DNA of 64,000 nucleotides from an uncultured Alphaproteobacteria bacterium (lineage in GTDB: Bacteria; Pseudomonadota; Alphaproteobacteria; HIMB59; GCA-002718135): NCBI GenBank assembly GCA_902621305.1, contig CACNLM010000001.1, forward strand, positions 73,005 to 137,004, given 5' to 3'. Below are positions 38,924 through 47,702 of this stretch, piece after piece. Within the stretch, counting starts at the first letter, position 1, and each line of letters begins with the position of its first letter. The translations under genes and the position numbers were made by a program. The notes beneath the pieces are model-generated. The model had not been told where the DNA came from and searched no databases. It saw only the letters and a list, made by a program, of their open reading frames with translations.

Positions 38924-40657
38924 ATGAATAAAAAAAATAAATTTAGATCTTCTAATTGGTATAATTCTAAATCACATCGAAGAGATACATTTATTCATAG
39001 AGGCTGGATGAGAAATCAAGGTCATCCAAATCATTTATTTGATGGCCGTCCTGTAATTGGTATTTGTAATACATGGTCAGAATTAACTCCTTGTAATGGT
39101 CATTTCAGAGAGATAGCAGAGTCTGTTAAAAAAGGTGTTTATGAAGCTGGCGGTTTTCCTCTTGAATTTCCTGTTTTTTCAGCAAGTGAATCCAACTTAA
39201 GACCTACTGCTATGTTGTTTAGAAATTTAGCAAGTATGGATGTTGAAGAGGCAATAAGGGGTAATCCTATAGACGGAGTCGTACTATTAATGGGGTGTGA
39301 TAAAACAACACCTTCATTAATGATGGGAGCTGCAAGTGTCGATCTTCCTACAATAGGTGTTTCAGGTGGCCCAATGCTTAATGGACATCATCAAGGAGAA
39401 CAAATTGGTTCTGGAACTGGTGTTTGGAAACTTGATGCTGATTTAAATGCAGGTGAAATTACAGAAGAAGATTTTATTAATGCAGAAATTTCAATGAGTA
39501 GATCAAAAGGAAATTGTATGACAATGGGGACTGCTTCAACAATGGGTTCAATGGTAGAAGCATTAGGAATGTCACTTCCTGGAAATGCCGCAATACCCGC
39601 AGTGGACTCCAGAAGATATGCTTTAGCACATATGTCTGGAAAAAGAATTGTTGAAATGGTCAAGGAAGATATAACAATGTCAAAAATTGTTACAAAAAAA
39701 TCATTTGAAAATGCGATTAAAGTAAATGGAGCAATAGGTGGATCTACGAATGCAGTTATCCACTTAGCTGCAATTGCAGGTCGAATGGAAATTGATTTAG
39801 ATTTAGATGATTGGAATAAATGCGGAGATGGCATTCCAACATTAGTAAATCTCCAACCTTCAGGAAAATACTTAATGGAAGATTTTTATTATGCAGGTGG
39901 TGTACCTGTAGTCATAAAAAGATTAATGGAAAAAAAATTACTAGATGAAAATTCAATGACTGTTAATGGAAAAACAATAGCTGAAAATAATTTAAACGCT
40001 AAATGTTGGAATAATGATGTTATAAAAGAATTTGAAAATCCATTAACCAAAAATGGAGGAATTAAAATTCTTAGAGGCAATATAGCTCCAAATGGTGCAA
40101 TTATTAAGCCATCAGCTGCTTCACCAAAATTAATGAAACATACTGGAAAAGCGGTAGTTTTTGAAAGTGTGGAAGAGTTTCATGAAAAGATTGATGATCC
40201 CAATTTAGACGTTGATGAAAATTCCATATTAGTTTTAAAGAATTGTGGTCCAAAAGGTTATCCTGGTATGGCTGAAGTAGGAAATATGCGTCTTCCACAA
40301 AAAGTTCTTAAAAAAGGTGTGAGAGATATGATTAGAATATCTGACGCTAGAATGAGTGGAACAGCATACGGTACCGTAATACTTCATACATCTCCAGAAG
40401 CTGCAGTTAAAGGTCCTTTAGCAGCAGTTCAAAATGGTGATGAAATAGAAGTAGATGTTGATCAGGGTATAATGAATTTAAAAGTTAATGATGAAACAAT
40501 AAAAAATCGTCTAGAAAATTATTCACCTGTTGTCCCAGAAATAACAGGTGGTTATCAAAAAATGTATGTAGAGCATGTTATGCAAGCTGACAAAGGAGCA
40601 GATTTAGATTTTCTAATTGGAAAAAGAGGAGCTGAAGTCAAAAGACATAGTCATTAA
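38924..40657 (+). CDS. IlvD/Edd family dehydratase (context suggests an aldonate/sugar-acid dehydratase)
   Basis: 577 aa with the Fe-S ligand region GCDKTTPS, then CMTMGTAST, GGSTNAV.HL and SDARMSG. Confidence 0.85.
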   Translation: MNKKNKFRSSNWYNSKSHRRDTFIHRGWMRNQGHPNHLFDGRPVIGICNTWSELTPCNGHFREIAESVKKGVYEAGGFPLEFPVFSASESNLRPTAMLFRNLASMDVEEAIRGNPIDGVVLLMGCDKTTPSLMMGAASVDLPTIGVSGGPMLNGHHQGEQIGSGTGVWKLDADLNAGEITEEDFINAEISMSRSKGNCMTMGTASTMGSMVEALGMSLPGNAAIPAVDSRRYALAHMSGKRIVEMVKEDITMSKIVTKKSFENAIKVNGAIGGSTNAVIHLAAIAGRMEIDLDLDDWNKCGDGIPTLVNLQPSGKYLMEDFYYAGGVPVVIKRLMEKKLLDENSMTVNGKTIAENNLNAKCWNNDVIKEFENPLTKNGGIKILRGNIAPNGAIIKPSAASPKLMKHTGKAVVFESVEEFHEKIDDPNLDVDENSILVLKNCGPKGYPGMAEVGNMRLPQKVLKKGVRDMIRISDARMSGTAYGTVILHTSPEAAVKGPLAAVQNGDEIEVDVDQGIMNLKVNDETIKNRLENYSPVVPEITGGYQKMYVEHVMQADKGADLDFLIGKRGAEVKRHSH

Positions 40658-40676
40658 TTAAAAATTATTAAAATAG

Positions 40677-41726
40677 ATGAATAACAATTTTAATCCTTTG
40701 TCTGCTGAAGAATTAACTTCAAGAATAAATAAAATTCCTAGAGTTAATCTAGCTCAATTACCTACTGTACTTGAATTTGCACCTAATATTTCTAAAGAGT
40801 TGGGTATAAATCTTTATATCAAACGAGATGATTGCACTGCATTAGCTTTTGGGGGAAACAAAACAAGACATTTAGAGTTTATAATGGCTAAAACATTATC
40901 AGGAGATTATGACTGTATTTTAACTGGGGCTGCATCTCAATCTAATTTTTGCCGCCAAGCTGTAGCTGCTGCAAATAAACTAAATTTAGATAGTTATTTA
41001 GTATTAATGCATGGAATAAAAGGTAACTTAATGCAAGGTAATTTTTTATTATATAATATTCTGGGAGCTAATGTTGATGTTATTGATGGTGAGAATTTAG
41101 AAGAAATACCAAAGCATTTAGATATAAAATATAATGAGTTAATAAAAGAAGGTCGAAAACCTCTATTAATTTATGGAGGTTTTGGTAAAGAGGATACCAC
41201 TCTTGCTGGTATAAGTTATGCAAATGCTATGGCTGAAATTGATTTACAAATGAAAGAGCAAAATTTTATGGCAGATCATCTATTTGTTACTGCTGCTAAT
41301 ATGACACAAGCAGGTTGTGAATTAGGAGCTAAGATATTAAATTGGCCAACTCGTATTCAAGGTATTTCTCCTGTTTATTGGGAAATGAATATTAAAAAAG
41401 ATATTGCGAGAATATGTAATGATGCAGCAAAGATGCTTGATATTAATTTAGAGTTTTCACATAAAATGATTAATCATGACAATAATTATGTAGGTAAAAA
41501 ATATGGTGCGACTACAGAAGACGGAATAAAAGCAACAAAACTTTTAGCTAATAAAGAGGGAATTATTTTAGATCCAGTTTATACATCAAAAGGTTTTGCA
41601 GCTTTAATTGATTATGTTGAAAAAGGAATCATTAAGAGAGGTGAAAACGTCATTTTTATATTCACTGGTGGTAGTCCGGCAGTTTTTGCATATAACGATG
41701 AAATTGCAAATAATTCTACTCAATAA
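40677..41726 (+). CDS. PLP-dependent enzyme of the ACC deaminase / D-cysteine desulfhydrase family
   Basis: 349 aa with the PLP lysine motif FGGNKTRHLEF. It has the fold-type II pattern and a C-terminal FTGG. Confidence 0.8.
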   Translation: MNNNFNPLSAEELTSRINKIPRVNLAQLPTVLEFAPNISKELGINLYIKRDDCTALAFGGNKTRHLEFIMAKTLSGDYDCILTGAASQSNFCRQAVAAANKLNLDSYLVLMHGIKGNLMQGNFLLYNILGANVDVIDGENLEEIPKHLDIKYNELIKEGRKPLLIYGGFGKEDTTLAGISYANAMAEIDLQMKEQNFMADHLFVTAANMTQAGCELGAKILNWPTRIQGISPVYWEMNIKKDIARICNDAAKMLDINLEFSHKMINHDNNYVGKKYGATTEDGIKATKLLANKEGIILDPVYTSKGFAALIDYVEKGIIKRGENVIFIFTGGSPAVFAYNDEIANNSTQ

Positions 41727-42900
41727 TTTCAAATTTATCTAAATATTTATTTGATAACTTAATACCTAATCCATGTTTATTTTCATCTAATTCGATAAAA
41801 CCATTTTTTGCTTGAGGTTCGCCATCAAAAATATACCAAAATAATTCATTGCCAATTTCTACAGGCCAAAAAGGAAAATACTCAACTATTGGAGCGTTTA
41901 CTGAACTCATAGAAATATGAAAATTATGAACTTGTCCTGCGTGAGGAATAACTGGTATTTGAAATGCTTCAGCTAAAGCAGAAATTTTATGCGCCTGTGT
42001 TATACCACCAACTCTATTCGTATCAAATTGCACAACATCAATTGCTTTTTTTTCTAGTAATTGTCTAAAACCAAAAAGTGTATATTCATGTTCACCACCA
42101 GATATAGGAGTTCTACATGAGGCTTTTAGATTTGCATAACCATCAATATCATCAGCAATAACTGGTTCTTCTAACCAACGAAGATTTTCATTATCAATTA
42201 ATCGCATCATTCTTTTTGCATACTCAAATGTCCATCCCATATATACATCTGCCATAAGATCAACATTATCACCAACAACTGATCGCACTGTTTTGATTAA
42301 CTCAATATTTTTATGCATACCCTCAGCACCATCAGTGGGACCCCAACCAAGTCTTAATTTCATTGCTTTAAAACCTTGATCAACATAATCCTTAGCTTCT
42401 TTTGCAAGACTATCAAGAGGTTGACTATAAAGCTTACTTGCATAACAGGGGAGTTTTGATTTAGTTTTTCCACCTAATAATTTGAATACGGGTTGTTTAG
42501 CAGATTTTCCAAGTGCATCCCATATTGCAATATCAACAGCACTAATAGCTGTCATACCTACACCTTTTCTCCCCCAAGCAAGTGTTTGGCGATACATCTT
42601 TTGCCATATATGCTCATAATCCCATATACTTTCACCAATAATGGCTGGAGCTAGGTAAGTATCTACAACTGATTTACATGGTTCTGGGGATAATGCAGCA
42701 TTACCTAAACCTATCAAACCATCACTTGTTTCTACCTCAACAACTAACCAGCTATGAAATTTATATGTTGTCCATCTATCATTTGAAATATTTTCTTGAT
42801 TCACAATATCTGCAGCATTTGTGCAAAAATTTTCATGAATTTTTTGAACGGGCCCTGTCCATTTATAGACCTTTGCTTTAACACTTACAATTTTACTCAC
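41716..42900 (-). CDS. enolase-superfamily acid-sugar dehydratase (mandelate racemase/muconate lactonizing family, rhamnonate/fuconate-dehydratase-like)
   Basis: 394 aa with a capping domain and a TIM barrel carrying the metal ligands DVYMGW, LEEP and SGGEH. The overall layout resembles L-rhamnonate dehydratase. Confidence 0.8.
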   Translation of the reverse strand: MSKIVSVKAKVYKWTGPVQKIHENFCTNAADIVNQENISNDRWTTYKFHSWLVVEVETSDGLIGLGNAALSPEPCKSVVDTYLAPAIIGESIWDYEHIWQKMYRQTLAWGRKGVGMTAISAVDIAIWDALGKSAKQPVFKLLGGKTKSKLPCYASKLYSQPLDSLAKEAKDYVDQGFKAMKLRLGWGPTDGAEGMHKNIELIKTVRSVVGDNVDLMADVYMGWTFEYAKRMMRLIDNENLRWLEEPVIADDIDGYANLKASCRTPISGGEHEYTLFGFRQLLEKKAIDVVQFDTNRVGGITQAHKISALAEAFQIPVIPHAGQVHNFHISMSSVNAPIVEYFPFWPVEIGNELFWYIFDGEPQAKNGFIELDENKHGLGIKLSNKYLDKFEIIE

Positions 42901-42949
42901 AAAATAATTATTATACTAATTTAAATCAATTTAAGAGAAATTTTTAATA

Positions 42950-43927
42950 TTAAGATAAGAGTTTAAGTAATAACTTTAAAGATTCTAACGTCGGACTTAC
43001 ATTAGCTTTATTTTTACCCACAATATCAAAAGCTGTTCCATGAGCAGGCGTAGTTATAGGTATTGGCAGACCACCTTGAACAGTAACACCTTTTTCAAAT
43101 CCAAACGATTTAAGACCTGATTGTATGGCGTCATGATACATTCCGACAAGACAATTATACTCCTTATTTTTATAAGCTTTAATAAATGATGTATCACATG
43201 GTAATGGGCCAAAAACTTTGATTTTCATTTTTCTTGCTTTGTTTATTGCAGGAATTATTATTTTTTTCTCTTCATTTCCAAACTCAGCGTGAGGATTTAA
43301 AGCTTGAACACCTACTTTTGGATTTTTTAGTCCATTTTTTTTTAAATACTTATTAACTAACTTAATTGGTTCAAGAATATTTTTAATAGTGATATTTTTT
43401 GCAACATCTTTAAGGGGAATATGTGAAGTTACTCTAGCAGTCCAAAAATTATTTAATACATTAAGTTCACAAACGTAGCTTTTTATTTTAAATTTATTTT
43501 TAAAATAATGGAGCTCATCCTTAAATTTCATACCAGCAAGATCTAAACTTGTTTTATTAAACGGAGCAAAATTAATTCCATCTATTTTTTTCTTATTATA
43601 TAAATCAACCGCTATATCGATAGAATTTAAAACAGATATTCCTGATTTTATATTTGCTTTTCCAATTGGATATCTTACTTTTCTTTTAGTAATATCAAAG
43701 AAAATTTTACTAGTACTTTTAAATTCTATCTGATCAAAATTATTAATAAACTTAATATTTTTTTTATTTTTTTGTTTTGTTAAATGTCCATCAAATACAG
43801 ATTTTTCTCCAATAATTACAATATTTATTTTTTTTAAAATATTATGAGATAGAATTTTAGAAATTAATTCAGGACCAATTCCAGATGGATCACCTAAAAG
43901 AACAGCTATACTTTTTTTATTTCTCAT
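42950..43927 (-). CDS. PdxA family NAD-dependent dehydrogenase (4-hydroxythreonine-4-phosphate dehydrogenase-like)
   Basis: 325 aa with the N-terminal GDPSGIGPE, a central NPHAGE-like NPHAEFG, and YHD and PAHGTAFDI. Confidence 0.8.
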   Translation of the reverse strand: MRNKKSIAVLLGDPSGIGPELISKILSHNILKKINIVIIGEKSVFDGHLTKQKNKKNIKFINNFDQIEFKSTSKIFFDITKRKVRYPIGKANIKSGISVLNSIDIAVDLYNKKKIDGINFAPFNKTSLDLAGMKFKDELHYFKNKFKIKSYVCELNVLNNFWTARVTSHIPLKDVAKNITIKNILEPIKLVNKYLKKNGLKNPKVGVQALNPHAEFGNEEKKIIIPAINKARKMKIKVFGPLPCDTSFIKAYKNKEYNCLVGMYHDAIQSGLKSFGFEKGVTVQGGLPIPITTPAHGTAFDIVGKNKANVSPTLESLKLLLKLLS

Positions 43928-44835
43928 TAAATTCTATAAAACTTTTCTGCATTTTTTAAAAAAATTTTATCATGTTCATTTTGTGAAAAATTTTTTACAA
44001 TATTAAAGTATGAACTCCAATAATTATCAAAAGTATTAAAAATTTTATCTACAGGAAAATTTGATCCAAACATACACCTATCAATACCAAAAATTTCAAT
44101 TGTATTAAGAATAAAATATTCAGTAGAAATAATTGTCCAACTAGGATTAAACATCCCCAACCCTGATATTTTACAAGCAAAATTTTCATGTTCGGCTAAA
44201 GATTGCATCTTTCTCATCCAATATTTTTTATATTCTTCTGTTTGAAAACAAGGCTCACCAGTATGGTTTAAGATAAATTGTACATTTGGGTAACGTTTTG
44301 CTAATTTACAAGCATCATCAAACTGATGAGGATATATTTGTATATCAAAAGATAATTTTCTATTGGCCAAATGTCTAAAGTTTTCTTGCCATAACTCATC
44401 TTTTAAATAATCTTTTTTAGCATGAGAATATTGCGGTTTATCTTTATCAAATGACAAAATTTGTCTAATTCCTCGTACATTTTTATATTCAAGGTGTTGA
44501 TCAAGAACTTCGCTGACTTTTTTTTCAGAAAAATCAGCAAATGCAACAATCCCATGTGGGATTTTTAAATTATTATTATCTGAAATTTTTTGTAACCATT
44601 TTGTTTCTTCTATCGGGTTCATTGCATCATGTTCAGCCTGAACATGTATTGATTTCACAAGATTTTGATTCTTTGCATCATTTAAATAATCATCTAATAA
44701 ATAACTCTTTTTAATACTTTTAAAACTTCCATAAAAAGCTTCGTCTTCATTACCACTTAACCAAGGATAATGTGTTTCTTTAGAATCAAGATCCCATAGA
44801 TGATGATGTGAATCAACAATAGCTATTTTTTTCAT
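43927..44835 (-). CDS. amidohydrolase-2 family protein (L-fucono/rhamnono-lactonase-like)
   Basis: 302 aa. The N-terminal IVDSHHHLWD is typical of the amidohydrolase-superfamily sugar lactonases, and a later H.GEP motif is present. Confidence 0.7.
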   Translation of the reverse strand: MKKIAIVDSHHHLWDLDSKETHYPWLSGNEDEAFYGSFKSIKKSYLLDDYLNDAKNQNLVKSIHVQAEHDAMNPIEETKWLQKISDNNNLKIPHGIVAFADFSEKKVSEVLDQHLEYKNVRGIRQILSFDKDKPQYSHAKKDYLKDELWQENFRHLANRKLSFDIQIYPHQFDDACKLAKRYPNVQFILNHTGEPCFQTEEYKKYWMRKMQSLAEHENFACKISGLGMFNPSWTIISTEYFILNTIEIFGIDRCMFGSNFPVDKIFNTFDNYWSSYFNIVKNFSQNEHDKIFLKNAEKFYRI

Positions 44836-44912
44836 TTATATTTTTTATAGAATTGAATTTTATCTATAAGTTTATAAAATTAATACATATAATTTATTTG
44901 AAAAGAGGTATT

Positions 44913-45209
44913 ATGAATTATGCATGGATTCTTGAAATCCGATCAGGATATGAGGAAGAATATAAAAAGAGACACGATGAAATTTGGCCAGAAATGGTTC
45001 AAATGCTTAAAGAAGCTGGATTGCGAAATTATAATATTTTTAGATATGGATTAAAATTATTTGGATATTTTGAAACTGATGATTTTAAAAAATCCATTAA
45101 CTTTATATCTAAAAGCGAAATTAATAAAAAATGGTCTAAATATATGGAGCCCATAATGAAAGTAGATATTGATCCGAAAACAAATTTTCCATACTTGTTG
45201 CCATTATAA
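44913..45209 (+). CDS. L-rhamnose mutarotase family protein
   Basis: 98 aa with EEYKKRHDEIWPEM...AGLRNYNIF and KWSKYMEP. I chose ATG 44913 because an AGAGG RBS precedes it. The upstream part of the ORF is AT-rich and looks non-coding. Confidence 0.8.
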   Translation: MNYAWILEIRSGYEEEYKKRHDEIWPEMVQMLKEAGLRNYNIFRYGLKLFGYFETDDFKKSINFISKSEINKKWSKYMEPIMKVDIDPKTNFPYLLPL

Positions 45210-45233
45210 ATGCATTTAGATTAAAAACAAAAA

Positions 45234-46289
45234 ATGAATAAAGTAAAAATTGGAGTTATTGGAGCAGGTTGGTGGGCAACAGAAAATCATATTCCACATT
45301 TAGCAGAAAGAGATGAAGTTGAGTTAACAAGTGTATGTAAGCTTGAAGAAGACCAATTAAATTTTGTTAAGAATAAATTTAATTTTAAATATGCATCTAC
45401 TGATTTTAAAGAAATGTTAGATTTATCATATTTAGATGGAGTAGTAATTTCTTCCCCTCATCACGCACATTACGAAAATGCAAAAGCAGCGCTTGAAAAA
45501 AATTGTCATGTAATGATTGAGAAACCTATGACTACAGTTTCTAGAGAAGCTAAAACACTTCTCCAATTAGCAAAAAAAAAGAATAAACATATTTTAATCC
45601 CAAATGGTTTTAATTTTAAAAATTTTATGTCTAAGGCTGAGGAAATTATAATAAATAAAAAAATAGGTGAAATAAAACATGTTGATGCAGCTTTTTCATC
45701 ATCTTTGACAGATTTATTTCAAGGGATACCATTAAGTGAGTCTAATAATCATACATTCCAACCCCATGCTTCTACATGGTCAGATCCAAATAAAGGAGGA
45801 GGATATGGTTGGGGGCAATTGTCACACATGTTTGCAGGTGTTTTAAAAATTACTCATCTTGAACCAGATCAAGTATTCTGTCTATCTGTGCCTTCACCAA
45901 CAAATGTTGATTATACTAATGCAGTTTCCATGAAATTTTCAAATGGTGCAACTGGTTCTTTTTCTGGAAGTGCATTTGTACCAAAAGATTTTGGAGGTAC
46001 TTTTTATATTACAGTTCATGGTACACTTGGTGTTTTGTATTTAGATATGGAATTAAAAAGAGAACGATTATTTGTACGTCTCAATAACGGAAAAAAAATT
46101 AATTATGATATAGAAGAGGGTAGTGGCACATTTAGCTATGGTACTAAAGAAGCATTGAATACATTTGTTGATTTATGTCTTGATAAAGATGTAAAAAACC
46201 ATTCTGATGGAGAGCTTGCTGTAAAAACGGTAAGAATATTAGAAGCGATGTATAAGTCTATTGTAAACAAAAATTTACAAAAAATTTAA
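45234..46289 (+). CDS. Gfo/Idh/MocA family oxidoreductase
   Basis: It has a Rossmann fold (IGVIGAGWWA) and the VMIEKPM motif. Confidence 0.85.
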   Translation: MNKVKIGVIGAGWWATENHIPHLAERDEVELTSVCKLEEDQLNFVKNKFNFKYASTDFKEMLDLSYLDGVVISSPHHAHYENAKAALEKNCHVMIEKPMTTVSREAKTLLQLAKKKNKHILIPNGFNFKNFMSKAEEIIINKKIGEIKHVDAAFSSSLTDLFQGIPLSESNNHTFQPHASTWSDPNKGGGYGWGQLSHMFAGVLKITHLEPDQVFCLSVPSPTNVDYTNAVSMKFSNGATGSFSGSAFVPKDFGGTFYITVHGTLGVLYLDMELKRERLFVRLNNGKKINYDIEEGSGTFSYGTKEALNTFVDLCLDKDVKNHSDGELAVKTVRILEAMYKSIVNKNLQKI

Positions 46290-46298
46290 TTTTATAAA

Positions 46299-47669
46299 TT
46301 AAAGATCAAATACCTTACCTGGATTTAGTATATTATTTGGATCAAAACTTTTTTTAATCAATCTCATTAGTGGAATATTATCTGGATGTTGTTTTAATAA
46401 ATACTCTTTCTTTTGTAAACCTATGCCGTGTTCACCTGTTATAGTTCCATCCATTTCTAGTGCTTTATCAATTAATTTATTGCTAAATTCTCTAATATAT
46501 TTGTATTCATTTTCTTTATTAGGATCGTAAACAATAGTTACATGAAAATTACCATCACCTACATGTCCAACCATAGGTGCTTTTAATCCAGTTTGTTGTA
46601 GTTCATTTTCTGCAAATTTTATACATTCAACAATATTAGAAATAGGAACACAGACATCTGTAGCGTAAACTCGAACATTATCACCTTGCGCTTTGACAGA
46701 ATAATAAACATTATGTCTTGCCTTCCAAATTTTATTTCTTTCCTCTGTATTTGCTGCCCATTTAAACTCACTACCATTATTATTTTTGGAAATATCTTCT
46801 ACTACATCAATTGATTCTTTATTTGATATTTCACTACCATGGAATTCATAGAAAAGTGTAGGCAAGCTCTCTAAATTTTCTAACTTTGAATATTTAATAC
46901 TTATATCCATTTGATCTTTATTTAATAATTCTACTCTTGCAATTGGGACACCATACTGAATTATTTCTTGTGCTGTTAAAACTGCAGAGTCTAGATCTGG
47001 GAATTGACAAACAGCACTCATAATACTTTCAGGTATAGGTGATAATCTTAGATGAACCTCAGTAATAATCCCAAGTGTTCCTTCTGAACCAACAAAAAGG
47101 TTTGTTAAATTGTATCCTGCGGAAGTTTTTTTTGCCCTACTTCCTGTTTTAATTATATCGCCATTTGCCATTACTACTGTTAAACCAAGCACAGTAGTTC
47201 GCATCGTTCCATATCTTACTGCCATTGTTCCTGAAGCAGAACAAGCCGCCATACCTCCAAGAGAAGCATTTGCACCTGGATCTATTGGGAAAAACACTCC
47301 TCTATCTTTTAAAGTTTCATTTAGTTGTTCACGTGATACATTTGCTTGTACACGACAATCAAAGTCTGCCTCATTAATAGAAATAACTTTGTTGAAATTT
47401 TCCATTGAAATTGTAAAACCTTCATCATTTCCAACAACATGACCTTCTAAAGATGTACCTGTGCCATAAGCAGTTACTGGTACTTTAAATTCATTGCAAA
47501 TTCTTAATATTTTTGAGAGTTCTTCATTGTTTTTTGGAAACAAAACTGCCCTAGGCAGAACAGGATCATAGGCATCTTCACCTTTTGCATGATTATTTCT
47601 TACACTTTCTGAAAATGATATTCTTTCTTGTAAAATATCTTTTAAATTGTCCAATAATCCTCTATCCAT
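46299..47669 (-). CDS. FAD-linked oxidase (D-lactate dehydrogenase (cytochrome) / GlcD family)
   Basis: 456 aa with an FAD_binding_4 N-domain (GTGTSLEGH) and the C-terminal GHVGDGNFH and GEHGIG motifs. Confidence 0.85.
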   Translation of the reverse strand: MDRGLLDNLKDILQERISFSESVRNNHAKGEDAYDPVLPRAVLFPKNNEELSKILRICNEFKVPVTAYGTGTSLEGHVVGNDEGFTISMENFNKVISINEADFDCRVQANVSREQLNETLKDRGVFFPIDPGANASLGGMAACSASGTMAVRYGTMRTTVLGLTVVMANGDIIKTGSRAKKTSAGYNLTNLFVGSEGTLGIITEVHLRLSPIPESIMSAVCQFPDLDSAVLTAQEIIQYGVPIARVELLNKDQMDISIKYSKLENLESLPTLFYEFHGSEISNKESIDVVEDISKNNNGSEFKWAANTEERNKIWKARHNVYYSVKAQGDNVRVYATDVCVPISNIVECIKFAENELQQTGLKAPMVGHVGDGNFHVTIVYDPNKENEYKYIREFSNKLIDKALEMDGTITGEHGIGLQKKEYLLKQHPDNIPLMRLIKKSFDPNNILNPGKVFDL

Positions 47670-47702
47670 GCTTCAATAATATTAATTATTTAACAAAAGT
47701 AA

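Noticed and set aside
39391-39834. 147-aa ORF antisense to the IlvD-family gene (also 39889..40080 and 40104..40298)
   Set aside because: These ORFs are embedded in a strongly motif-supported CDS on the other strand and have no independent support.
44845-44869. Inverted repeat TTATAGA-N11-TCTATAA in the divergent promoter between the lactonase and mutarotase genes
   Set aside because: It could be an operator, but it has 7-bp arms that are almost entirely A/T, there is no cognate regulator gene nearby, and the chance expectation is high in this composition.
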